Source: a virus (taxonomy: Duplodnaviria; Caudoviricetes). Taken from it: 64,000 bases of DNA. Where the stretch lies: IMG/VR virus record IMGVR_UViG_3300009701_000005, positions 15,126-79,125 of that record, one strand, 5' to 3'. Below, one piece after another: positions 16,176 through 24,436 of the stretch (the stretch's first letter is position 1; every line of letters begins with the position of its first letter). The notes under the pieces are model-generated. The model was not told the origin of the DNA. It saw only the letters and a program-made list of their open reading frames with translations, and made no database searches. The position numbers were made by a program, and so were the translations under genes.

Positions 16176-16310
16176 AATCAATGGGTCTCCAGTTCGAATC
16201 TGGAACGCCCTTTTAGACCTCCAGACCTTTAACACGCATTACACAAGTTAAAGGGTAATATTTTGCTAGGGGTCTAAGAGGGCGGTAGCTCAGGGGTAGA
16301 GCAATTGACT
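16176..16310 (+). ncRNA. circularly permuted tRNA-Lys-like domain (3' half 16176-16211 precedes 5' half 16279-16310)
   Basis: ACGCCCT pairs with AGGGCGG; TCAAT pairs with ATTGA; TAGCTCAG..GGTAGAGCA D-arm; GGGTC variable loop; TTCGAAT T-loop. Confidence 0.75.
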
Positions 16311-16550
16311 ATAGTCATCATTATTAAATACTGGTGAAACACGAATGTGGGATGTGTCGAAAGCACGAAGAAGCCCAGACTAGTCAGGTATGACGGCCTG
16401 GGTTCTTTCATTCAAACGCAAGGTTAGGCTTCTTATAGTACCTGCTTCATGCACAGAGTCGCAAGAGACAAGTGCAGTCATGCGTCAACATGGCAAAGGG
16501 CCTTTGACGGGGTCTTGATCGAAGCAGGTACTATAAGAGGCAAAACCTAA
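16311..16550 (+). ncRNA. structured 3' domain with a 21-bp stem
   Basis: 16428-16448 pairs with 16521-16541 (one G-U); 16369-16378 pairs with 16398-16406. Confidence 0.55.
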
Positions 16551-16557
16551 TTTTCAA

Positions 16558-16890
16558 TTGGGGAATCCAATGAATTACATGACAAACTTTAAACGTATTC
16601 TTATTTTTTTAGTAACTTTAACCGTTGCTAGTTGTGCAATGGAACCCCAACCAGCTTTTGCTATTACCGGTAACTGGTACTCTGAGCCCGGTTATAAATT
16701 TGTACCTTATTGTAATGTCCGTTTAGGAGATACCGATCTTATCAATACTAACCAGATTGTTGGTATAAGCATTGTGAAAACGACTGTTATAATATCGTTG
16801 AAAGACCGGGCTCATACAATAATATTCAAGAATCAACAAAAAGCCTTTGAATGGGTGCAGGAATTGTTAGATGGAAAGAAATGTACCTAA
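16558..16890 (+). CDS. hypothetical exported protein
   Basis: signal-like N-terminus; start uncertain (ATG at 16570 or 16579 is plausible). Confidence 0.6.
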   Translation: MGNPMNYMTNFKRILIFLVTLTVASCAMEPQPAFAITGNWYSEPGYKFVPYCNVRLGDTDLINTNQIVGISIVKTTVIISLKDRAHTIIFKNQQKAFEWVQELLDGKKCT

Positions 16891-17059
16891 GCCGAAATGC
16901 ACCAAACTCCACTTGATCCTAGTAAGTAAAGGGTCTAGTGGAAGTTCTGGTAGGCATCTTACTATCAAAAGTAAGCACAAGATTAAGAAGATAATGAAGC
17001 AGTTACATAAAAAGGGGTTTTACGAAGTATAAACTACTTCGTAATTTTTAGGGTAGAAA

Positions 17060-17614
17060 ATGACAATACTAACTATAGATGAACAAGTCCAATTCACTAC
17101 AGAATGGTGGACTAAGCTCTGTAAAGACGATGAGAAAATGGTTAAATGGCTGCAGAAACTATACCATACAGAGCTTGATGGATTTGTAGATTGGGGCGGT
17201 TTAGAAGACGCCTTTAGTTACCAAATTACAGATAGGACTAGAGCCATTCTCACTAACATCGCTAATGATGAACTAAAGCATAGCGGTATCATAAAGGAAT
17301 TATTGTATGATAGAGGCTATTCCACTATTGACAATGTGCCTAAGAGTCAGTACTGGGACCAAATGAATACTAACATAGTAGATTTAAATACTGCATGTGC
17401 AGTAAATTACTATGGAGAAGCCCTCGCCGCCTTTAGGTTCGAAGTATTAGTGGAACATCCAGATACTCCTAGAGATATTAAGAATGCTTTGGAAATCATT
17501 CTTCCTGATGAGCAGTTTCATAGAGAGACTTTGAAACGATTGGCTGGAAATGAAGCACTTGCTAAACTACGAGAAAAACATGATCAAGCGATGGCTAATC
17601 TACGTAGAAATTAA
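17060..17614 (+). CDS. ferritin-like (di-iron four-helix) protein
   Basis: two E...DExxH units (TEL..ANDELKH; GEAL..PDEQFH). Confidence 0.8.
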   Translation: MTILTIDEQVQFTTEWWTKLCKDDEKMVKWLQKLYHTELDGFVDWGGLEDAFSYQITDRTRAILTNIANDELKHSGIIKELLYDRGYSTIDNVPKSQYWDQMNTNIVDLNTACAVNYYGEALAAFRFEVLVEHPDTPRDIKNALEIILPDEQFHRETLKRLAGNEALAKLREKHDQAMANLRRN

Positions 17615-17631
17615 CATAAAAGAACTAGAAA

Positions 17632-17955
17632 ATGCATAAAGAATTTATCCACATTGGAACAGTAGAAGATCAAGCAATTGAAGAGGCTGCTGAACTTATT
17701 TTAGCTATTCAAAAAGCCAAACGCTTTGGTTGGTATAGCCGTTATAAAGAAGAAGACCTGCTCAATTATCAACAGGTATTGAATGAGTTGAATGATTGTA
17801 AGGTAAAATTTGAACGGTTACAACAATACCTTTTGACGACAATTCAAGGGTCGGGTTTAGAATATACGACCAATACTGGAACAGCCGTAGATCCAAATCA
17901 AAAAGAATTAGCTACAGAAACTATTTTGAAGATTGAAGGGAGTTTGTATGAGTAA
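17632..17955 (+). CDS. MazG-like nucleotide pyrophosphatase
   Basis: EEAAELILAIQKAKRFG...ELND. Confidence 0.65.
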   Translation: MHKEFIHIGTVEDQAIEEAAELILAIQKAKRFGWYSRYKEEDLLNYQQVLNELNDCKVKFERLQQYLLTTIQGSGLEYTTNTGTAVDPNQKELATETILKIEGSLYE

Positions 17956-19024
17956 TTATGAGAATTTAGGGTGGCCTTCTGCCAAAGTTATTAAAAAGAG
18001 TACCTATATAACCTTCAATGCAGATGGTACAATTAAGTACAACACTATTTGCACCTTTGAACTTCATTACCCCCGTTTAGTATTGTGTGAATTCAATACT
18101 CATCGGGCGTTCAGTAGAAACGCGGCTTCTAGCCGAGCCATACCATTTGTTAAAATGGTTGAGCAACTGAATGGCCGGCCGGTACGCTTTGGCGTTAACA
18201 AGGCAGGTATGGCTGACGGCGGCCCCCATGATGCCTTAGTGAAAATGCCAGGTACTAACGTTGATGTAACCCCTGAAGAATTATGGGAGAAGGCCCGAGA
18301 TAACGCCGTTGAGTATGCAAGTGCATTGAACGATGCAGGCTACCATAAACAAGTAGTAAACCGTCTGACGGAGCCTTTCCAGATGATCAAGGCTATTGTC
18401 ACCTCTACTGAATGGGACAATTTCTTTTGGCTAAGATATGATGAAGCTGCTGACCCTACGTTGCAAGAGTTGGCTAAGGAAATGCTTAAGGCTTATCTGG
18501 AAACTCCTGCTAAGTTACTTGGTAGCGGAGAATGGCATTTACCTTTTGTGCATACCTGTCGGGAAAATGACGTACAGAAATTCTATATCAACGACCCCGA
18601 AGATGGAAGTGTACGTATTTACTTGAGTTTAGAAGAGGCTCAGAAGGTTTCGGCAGCAAGATGTGCAGCTGTTTCTTTCCGCCGAGTAGATTACACTCTG
18701 GAGAAATCTGTAGAAGTTTACAACAAATTGGTAGGTGCTGAACGTAAACACGCATCTGCATTTGAGCATCAAGCAAAGGTTCCCGAAGACGACGGTGCTA
18801 TTAATGTTAAATGGGATCCTCAAACCTGGGAACCAGGTATTAGCCACGTAGATCGTCATGGTAACTTGTGGTCTGGTAATTTCAAAGGTTGGGTACAATT
18901 CCGTAAATTGATCCCAGGTGAAAACTATACAGAGTTCGATTACGACGCCCAATTACCTACATTATTCCCCGAAGAAGCTTTGGTTGAACCGGAACCTGAG
19001 CCTCAAGAATATTTGATAACTTAG
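17948..19024 (+). CDS. thyX: flavin-dependent thymidylate synthase
   Basis: EFNTHRAFSRNAASSRAIP (RHRxxSxxxxS-type motif) and HASAFEHQA; start refined to the ATG at 17948. Confidence 0.9.
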   Translation: MSNYENLGWPSAKVIKKSTYITFNADGTIKYNTICTFELHYPRLVLCEFNTHRAFSRNAASSRAIPFVKMVEQLNGRPVRFGVNKAGMADGGPHDALVKMPGTNVDVTPEELWEKARDNAVEYASALNDAGYHKQVVNRLTEPFQMIKAIVTSTEWDNFFWLRYDEAADPTLQELAKEMLKAYLETPAKLLGSGEWHLPFVHTCRENDVQKFYINDPEDGSVRIYLSLEEAQKVSAARCAAVSFRRVDYTLEKSVEVYNKLVGAERKHASAFEHQAKVPEDDGAINVKWDPQTWEPGISHVDRHGNLWSGNFKGWVQFRKLIPGENYTEFDYDAQLPTLFPEEALVEPEPEPQEYLIT

Positions 19025-19129
19025 ACAGGCTAACTTTACTCTGTAAGTAACCTCTGCTAAAATTAAAAATGAGGGGTGAAGGAAATTGATTTTACCCTTC
19101 ATTTATACTTTAGATAAAGGAAAAACAAT

Positions 19130-19333
19130 ATGTCAAGCTTTGATAAAAATTATCCAAATCGTAAGGATCACGTAGTACAATACTACGATCATCGTGCTGA
19201 AACACCGTCCTGCCGTAATCACGGTAATTGCGAGAAATGCAAGGGTAATAGAACTTTTAATAAGGCTAAGTTAAAAGCAATAGCTGAAAGTGATATGAAG
19301 GAGCTTGACACCTTAGCGGTAACAGGTCTATAA
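19130..19333 (+). CDS. small Cys/His protein
   Basis: CRNHGNCEKCKGNR. Confidence 0.7.
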   Translation: MSSFDKNYPNRKDHVVQYYDHRAETPSCRNHGNCEKCKGNRTFNKAKLKAIAESDMKELDTLAVTGL

Positions 19334-19340
19334 TTAACTC

Positions 19341-19658
19341 ATGACCTCTTCAAAAGATATTTCCAACACCCATTGCCCTCACGGGCATCTTAACGATGAT
19401 GTAGCTAGGCTTGGTAAAAAGGGCTGCACACCTTGTTATGACGAAGCTATGACTATTCTTGCTAAATCTACGGTCGTAGGGCATTTGTTAAGAATGTTGT
19501 GGGATATCTTTAACTTTGAGTTTATATCGGCTTTTGGAGATCTGTATTTGGCATATATGAGATTGACTAGAAGTGGTTGTTATGATCCAGAAGGTAAAGA
19601 CGAAACAAATTTTTACGCTTCAGGACATTTGGAGAGGCCGGAGAAGAAGAAAAAGTAG
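19341..19658 (+). CDS. hypothetical protein
   Basis: ORF with CPHGH..CTPC. Confidence 0.65.
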   Translation: MTSSKDISNTHCPHGHLNDDVARLGKKGCTPCYDEAMTILAKSTVVGHLLRMLWDIFNFEFISAFGDLYLAYMRLTRSGCYDPEGKDETNFYASGHLERPEKKKK

Positions 19659-19693
19659 TATTGTAAGTAGTTGCACATAGTAGTCCCTTTCTT

Positions 19694-19718
19694 CCCAGCT
19701 TCGGCTGGGTTTTTATTT
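19694..19718 (+). terminator. intrinsic terminator
   Basis: CCCAGC-TTCG-GCTGGG followed by a T-run. Confidence 0.85.
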
Positions 19719-19735
19719 ATGTATCGAGAAACGTA

Positions 19736-20176
19736 ATGTCATTGTTAAATAAGATCAAAGAGGCTTCTACAGAAGCTAGATTTAAAGCAATTCAAGATAA
19801 AACTAAATGTGGCCTAGCCTTAGTTTTGACTACTCTGTATGCTGAAGCTGCTAGAGTGGGCAAAGACAGGGGTAATCGAGATAGTACTGACGAAGAAGTA
19901 ATAGCTGTTATCAAGAAAAACATTGCAGGTGCTGAAGAGTGTTTAAAAGTAGCTCAGCACAAAGAAAAGTACGAATTTGAAATAGAAGTCCTTTCAACTC
20001 TTTTACCTAAGCAACTCACGGAAGAGGAATTGAAGGCTAAAGTAAATGAGCTTATTGCTGAAGGCGTTAAAAATCTTGGACTAATCATGAAACATTTCAA
20101 AGAAAAATACGCAGGGCTGTATGACGGTAATAAGTTGTCAGGTATTGTTAAGCAAGAACTTTTCAATATTTCATAA
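19736..20176 (+). CDS. GatB/YqeY domain protein
   Basis: TDEEVIAVIKK...EIEVL..LLPKQLTEEEL...LGLIMK...YDG..LS..VK. Confidence 0.85.
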   Translation: MSLLNKIKEASTEARFKAIQDKTKCGLALVLTTLYAEAARVGKDRGNRDSTDEEVIAVIKKNIAGAEECLKVAQHKEKYEFEIEVLSTLLPKQLTEEELKAKVNELIAEGVKNLGLIMKHFKEKYAGLYDGNKLSGIVKQELFNIS

Positions 20177-20265
20177 ATCCTTGGTATAAGGTTGTTGCAG
20201 GGATAAATGCCTGTTTCTTTAGCTAAAGCAACACACATAACAAATTAAAATTAAAAGAGAAAATA

Positions 20266-20526
20266 ATGAGTAGCTTCAATTTGGTCAAAATGGGACATAT
20301 TTTTGTTCAGAATGTGGTTAAACTGCAATATGCAGTCGGCTTGAATCAGCGTGATTTCGCAGCACATATTGGTGTTAGTGAATCTACTCTTCGCCGTATT
20401 CAACGTCACCACCTTCAAAAACTTGGCTACAGTCCACAATTCGGAACTACTGCCAAAGCGGCACTATTTGCTGGAGTATCAGTTGACGATTTGATGAAGA
20501 CACGTCTCAATTTCGTTAAGCAATAA
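20266..20526 (+). CDS. XRE-family helix-turn-helix regulator
   Basis: GLNQRDFAAHIGVSESTLRRI. Confidence 0.8.
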   Translation: MSSFNLVKMGHIFVQNVVKLQYAVGLNQRDFAAHIGVSESTLRRIQRHHLQKLGYSPQFGTTAKAALFAGVSVDDLMKTRLNFVKQ

Positions 20527-20572
20527 AGTAGTAGCGGTAAACTTGTAACGTTAATTTCACGGGAGAACATCG

Positions 20573-20785
20573 ATGAAGATAGGTGCAGAGATTATTAACG
20601 TAACGGAATATGAAGAAGGTTTTGCAATTCTTCAAGACAACGCAGGAAAATTTTTATACACCAAAGACAATCCAAACCCAATTCCATTACCGGATTGGGA
20701 AGAACAGGACCTTATAACAAAGGCCTGGTTTGGCAATAAAAATCCCTGTGCCTTGTTGCAAAGCAGGTCAGCTATGTTGACTTAA
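20573..20785 (+). CDS. hypothetical protein
   Basis: GGGAG ribosome-binding site. Confidence 0.65.
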   Translation: MKIGAEIINVTEYEEGFAILQDNAGKFLYTKDNPNPIPLPDWEEQDLITKAWFGNKNPCALLQSRSAMLT

Positions 20786-20789
20786 GAAA

Positions 20790-21910
20790 GTATTAGGGTT
20801 CGGAGCCACCCTTTCAGAAGGCTCCCACGAGATCAGTATTTAGTATAAAACTAATGAAGGCAGCAACTTCCTTCTTTAATTTTCTCCCAGATGGTGAGTA
20901 GAACCAGTGGACTTCCACGGATCCTGGCTGGAGCTGCAGCTGAACTAGTATTGTGCCGGCGGCCAGGCGCTCCAACGAATCATCGAGTGACTCGTAATTT
21001 GTATTGGATTGAGACTCCCTTCAATCCTTCATGACTTAATGTATTAAGACCTTCTTTGCTATCGAAAATGAGATTGTAGAACGGTCGGCCAATTGTAACA
21101 ATTGGCATAACGTCCCCTCGGCCGGTGGCCAAGGAAAAGAAAAGGACATGAATCTAGAGTCCTCAGGTGGGACCATTTAAAGCCCTTTAAATGAATCCTG
21201 GATCCTGGAGACGTAACGCGCATGAGATTAAGTTAAATACCTTTAGTATTCATAGCAAGGCATTAAATTTGCAACTGATTAGATACTTTTCAGTGTATAC
21301 TTGTTATACTGCGTGACATCGCTCCGGCAACAAAGTCCTGACTACGCTTATCGCTTCGTTCAGGACTTTGCGGCCGACGCTCTGTCACTCCCGTATAACC
21401 AGGAGATGGGGGTGAGCCCATCGAGTAAAGGTATAGTTTTAAGTTTTAAGCTTTAGTATTTTGAAGTCAGAAGTCAGTCGCGCTGACTGGGAATTAGTTA
21501 CTTTTTCCTAACATTTTGTGCTACGCACGTACCAAAGTGGTATTAGGCGGAGACGACAGGGCACCAGAATTATAAGTATACCTTACTTATAATAATTTAG
21601 GATCCGCGGGCCCAGTACACGTCTCCCAGATGCCACGAGTAAAGCTTATAGTTGTTGCGATTCAAGTTTTAGTATCATTGTTGTATTAGTATCAGTGAAT
21701 AGTTACTGTTCACACATATTATAGCCTTTTCAAGGAGTTCTCGTCTCCGATTGTCGACTCGAACCCTTTGCAAGGCCTACGGACTGGGGATGACATCTCC
21801 ACGAGTAAAACTTGAAAATTTGATTATTAATACCCAGGGTTAATGCGAAATCGGTACGCAATTGAAGATATAAAAAATCTTTTCAATCACCCTGTTTTTT
21901 TAGTTTTTAA
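20790..21910. other. 1.1-kb hairpin-rich intergenic region (candidate origin, packaging site or ncRNA)
   Basis: no ORF of 60 aa or more with a start codon; many perfect inverted repeats; repeated CGAGTAAA. Confidence 0.45.
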
Positions 21911-21921
21911 AAGGATATAAA

Positions 21922-22230
21922 TTGAATCTTAGTCTTGACTATGACGATACGTACACTCGGGATCCTTCTGCTTGGGATGAATTTATTGAGCTGATGCGAC
22001 GTAAAGGTCATAAAGTTTATTTAGTAACTTGGCGAAAGCCTGGAGAATCTGCAGAGGTCTATTTGCAATTACAAAATAAAGTAGATGGCATTTATTGTAC
22101 CAGCAGAGTGGCTAAAGAGAAATATATGTATTCCCAAGGCATTAGGATAGATGTATGGATTGATGACATGCCTTTCACGATTTTGGAGAGCCAAACTCCT
22201 ATAATTACTTTTGGCGGACAAAGCAGTTAA
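21922..22230 (+). CDS. HAD-superfamily-like protein
   Basis: SLDYDDT (DxDxT) at the N-terminus and WIDD near the C-terminus. Confidence 0.75.
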   Translation: MNLSLDYDDTYTRDPSAWDEFIELMRRKGHKVYLVTWRKPGESAEVYLQLQNKVDGIYCTSRVAKEKYMYSQGIRIDVWIDDMPFTILESQTPIITFGGQSS

Positions 22231-22262
22231 AATATTATATAATACAAGGAAAATATTAACAC

Positions 22263-22442
22263 ATGATCAACTTTAACATTTCAATTGACCCGACTAACGC
22301 TGCTGCAGCAACCTGGGCTACAGGACTGATTAGCGCTATTGCTGCGTATTGTACAGCTAACCCAGTAGGCGGGACCGGAGCAGGTACAAATACAGGTACT
22401 ACAACCCCGACCCCTACTCCGTCAAATAACCCTTTGCTATAA
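22263..22442 (+). CDS. small Ala/Thr/Pro-rich protein (59 aa)
   Basis: AAGGA ribosome-binding site; MINFNISIDPTNAAAATWATGLISAIAAYC... Confidence 0.6.
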   Translation: MINFNISIDPTNAAAATWATGLISAIAAYCTANPVGGTGAGTNTGTTTPTPTPSNNPLL

Positions 22443-22443
22443 T

Positions 22444-22773
22444 ATGAAATCTATAATTGCTCTTTCATCATTAGTTCTTTTAACTGGATGCGTCAACTTA
22501 TACGCAGGCATATCTCAATATGAGATTAAACCGTTCAAAGACGAAACGGGGACTGAAATTTGCTGCATGGTAAACGTAATATCCGGCAAAAATGAAGGGG
22601 CGGTTACGGCACATATCCAAAAGAATGGGGATACTTTTGTAATTGATTTAAAAGAAAGTCAAATAAACTCGGCAGCAAGTATTACAGCTGCAACAAGTTC
22701 AGTTTCAGATGTGGCAAAAGCAGTAGATGATACTGCAATAACAGTTCAACAAATAACCAAGAAAGTTCCATAA
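22444..22773 (+). CDS. lipoprotein
   Basis: lipobox LTGC. Confidence 0.75.
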   Translation: MKSIIALSSLVLLTGCVNLYAGISQYEIKPFKDETGTEICCMVNVISGKNEGAVTAHIQKNGDTFVIDLKESQINSAASITAATSSVSDVAKAVDDTAITVQQITKKVP

Positions 22774-22775
22774 AA

Positions 22776-23288
22776 ATGACTATCAAGAAAACACTTTTAG
22801 TTTTGGCAACAATGATCGGCCTAGCAGCCTGCACAACCCCTGTAACTATTAACGGTACCCCTCAAACCCCTGCACAAATCGCAGCTATTGTTTGTCCTAT
22901 CGTTAATTCCGATTTGGCGGCTTTGCAACAGTTAACTGACATTTCTGCATCCGACAAGGCGGCAATTCAAACTAAGCTACAGCCAATTGTAACCGCAGCT
23001 TGTGCTGCAACAGGTACTGTGAATATTAGCAATCTGCAGTCCTTGGCAACTACTGGCTACCCAGTAGCACAATCCTTGATTCAAAATTCCAGTTTGAATG
23101 CTGCGGATAAGAGCAATGCCTTGATTGCATTGAATTTGCTCAATGGCACATTACAGGCAGTATTGGCAGCAGACCCCGCCGCAAACGTTGTTATTGTTCC
23201 AACCCCTGCCGCAACATCGGCTTCGTTGGCGACACCTTTGGTTCCTACAACTCCTGGTGTGACAGCGGCCCCTTCGACAAGTAAGTAA
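22776..23288 (+). CDS. lipoprotein
   Basis: lipobox LAAC; helical body and Pro/Thr/Ala tail. Confidence 0.75.
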   Translation: MTIKKTLLVLATMIGLAACTTPVTINGTPQTPAQIAAIVCPIVNSDLAALQQLTDISASDKAAIQTKLQPIVTAACAATGTVNISNLQSLATTGYPVAQSLIQNSSLNAADKSNALIALNLLNGTLQAVLAADPAANVVIVPTPAATSASLATPLVPTTPGVTAAPSTSK

Positions 23289-23290
23289 TC

Positions 23291-23983
23291 ATGATACCTA
23301 ACACCGATGCTGCATGGTTGGCCTGCATTGCTATTTATGACCCTATAACTCCGAATATTTTTGACCAGATTCTGCGTGTTGAAGATGATGTCATAGGATT
23401 AAAAGTGGTAGGAGACGATATCGTCATCTGCATTGCAGGATCAGAAACTAAAGCCATGTGGAAAGATAATTTGGAGATTTTCCCAGTTGACAATCCGGTG
23501 TTAGGTAAAATGCACAGTGGCTTCTTTAAGCCTGCTCAAGCTATTTATGAGCAAGTGAAACCGTTGATATGGTGTAAAAATATAGTAATCACGGGGCATT
23601 CAAGAGGAGCAGCTATAGCCGGATGTTTAGCTGCTCTTTTTAACTTAGATTCGATGATAGTGTCTCAACTGTTCTTATTTGAATGCCCTAAGTTTTGCTA
23701 CCAGAAAGGCGCGGACTTCCTAGCAGCCAGATTAGCCGATAAAATGATAGGCCAAGTCTTGTCTACTATAAACGGAGAAGATGCAGTTCCTTTCGTTCCA
23801 GACATTATAGGATTCGACTACGTTCCTCCTTTTTTAGCCAGGGTGGATTTACAGCAACCCCCAGGTTCTTTTAGGAAAGATATTGATCCTATAGAATGGC
23901 ATCTTGGGGGAACTATATACGAGGGTGTCAAAAAGCTATGGCCGGGCGAAAAATCCGTAGTTAATAATTCAACCATAGCCTAA
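23291..23983 (+). CDS. class 3 lipase (alpha/beta hydrolase)
   Basis: MHSGF, ITGHSRGAA (GxSxG), DAVPFVP, HLG. Confidence 0.85.
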   Translation: MIPNTDAAWLACIAIYDPITPNIFDQILRVEDDVIGLKVVGDDIVICIAGSETKAMWKDNLEIFPVDNPVLGKMHSGFFKPAQAIYEQVKPLIWCKNIVITGHSRGAAIAGCLAALFNLDSMIVSQLFLFECPKFCYQKGADFLAARLADKMIGQVLSTINGEDAVPFVPDIIGFDYVPPFLARVDLQQPPGSFRKDIDPIEWHLGGTIYEGVKKLWPGEKSVVNNSTIA

Positions 23984-24083
23984 TTTTTGGTATAAGTAAT
24001 GTAGAGGAGCCATGTTTTTACATGGCTTTTTATTTTGTAAGAAGTATATAAGCGGGGAATGGGTAATGCAAACGGGGTAGTCT

Positions 24084-24302
24084 ATGAATACAACTCAAAA
24101 ACAAAAACCGGTACACACGCAGGCGCTTATTGATCAGCAAGAATTCGAGGCGTCAACTAGAACAGCTAAAAAATGGCTGGAACACATTGTCAATGATGTG
24201 AATTGGCCTGAATCTGAAAGGTCTTCGGCTCGAATCCTATTGAAGAAAATTCAAGATAAGGATAAAGAGTTAGCCGCTATCAAAGCTCAAACGGTTCATT
24301 AG
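24084..24302 (+). CDS. hypothetical protein
   Basis: GGGG ribosome-binding site. Confidence 0.65.
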   Translation: MNTTQKQKPVHTQALIDQQEFEASTRTAKKWLEHIVNDVNWPESERSSARILLKKIQDKDKELAAIKAQTVH

Positions 24303-24436
24303 TAAGAGGGGTGTAACATGCGAGCATTTTTCTACGGTGTTAATTTGATGTTGTTGTTGGCAATTGCAGTGACTGCCTCTGCTGTCGAAGAGGCTTATGA
24401 TAAATATCAATTCAAACGCAAGCTAAGGAGAATCAA

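Noticed and set aside
16042-16211. Ordinary intron-containing tRNA made of the 5' half at 16042 and the 3' half at 16176
   Set aside because: The acceptor strands CGGGAAG and ACGCCCT do not pair, nor do the anticodon stems. Each half pairs only with its permuted partner.
15840-16550. Permuted group I intron (natural permuted intron-exon arrangement) producing a circular tRNA
   Set aside because: No terminal G precedes either 3' half, no convincing P1/IGS or ordered P-Q-R-S core is visible, and the GACTA/TAGTC-like bits are in an unconvincing context. It is left for an Rfam search.
20814-21108. Minus-strand small gene (42 aa, 20980-21108, with a GAGGGG site) possibly frameshifted into a second frame ending at 20814
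   Set aside because: No recognisable family and it overlaps several hairpins. It is too weak to call, but worth a TBLASTN.
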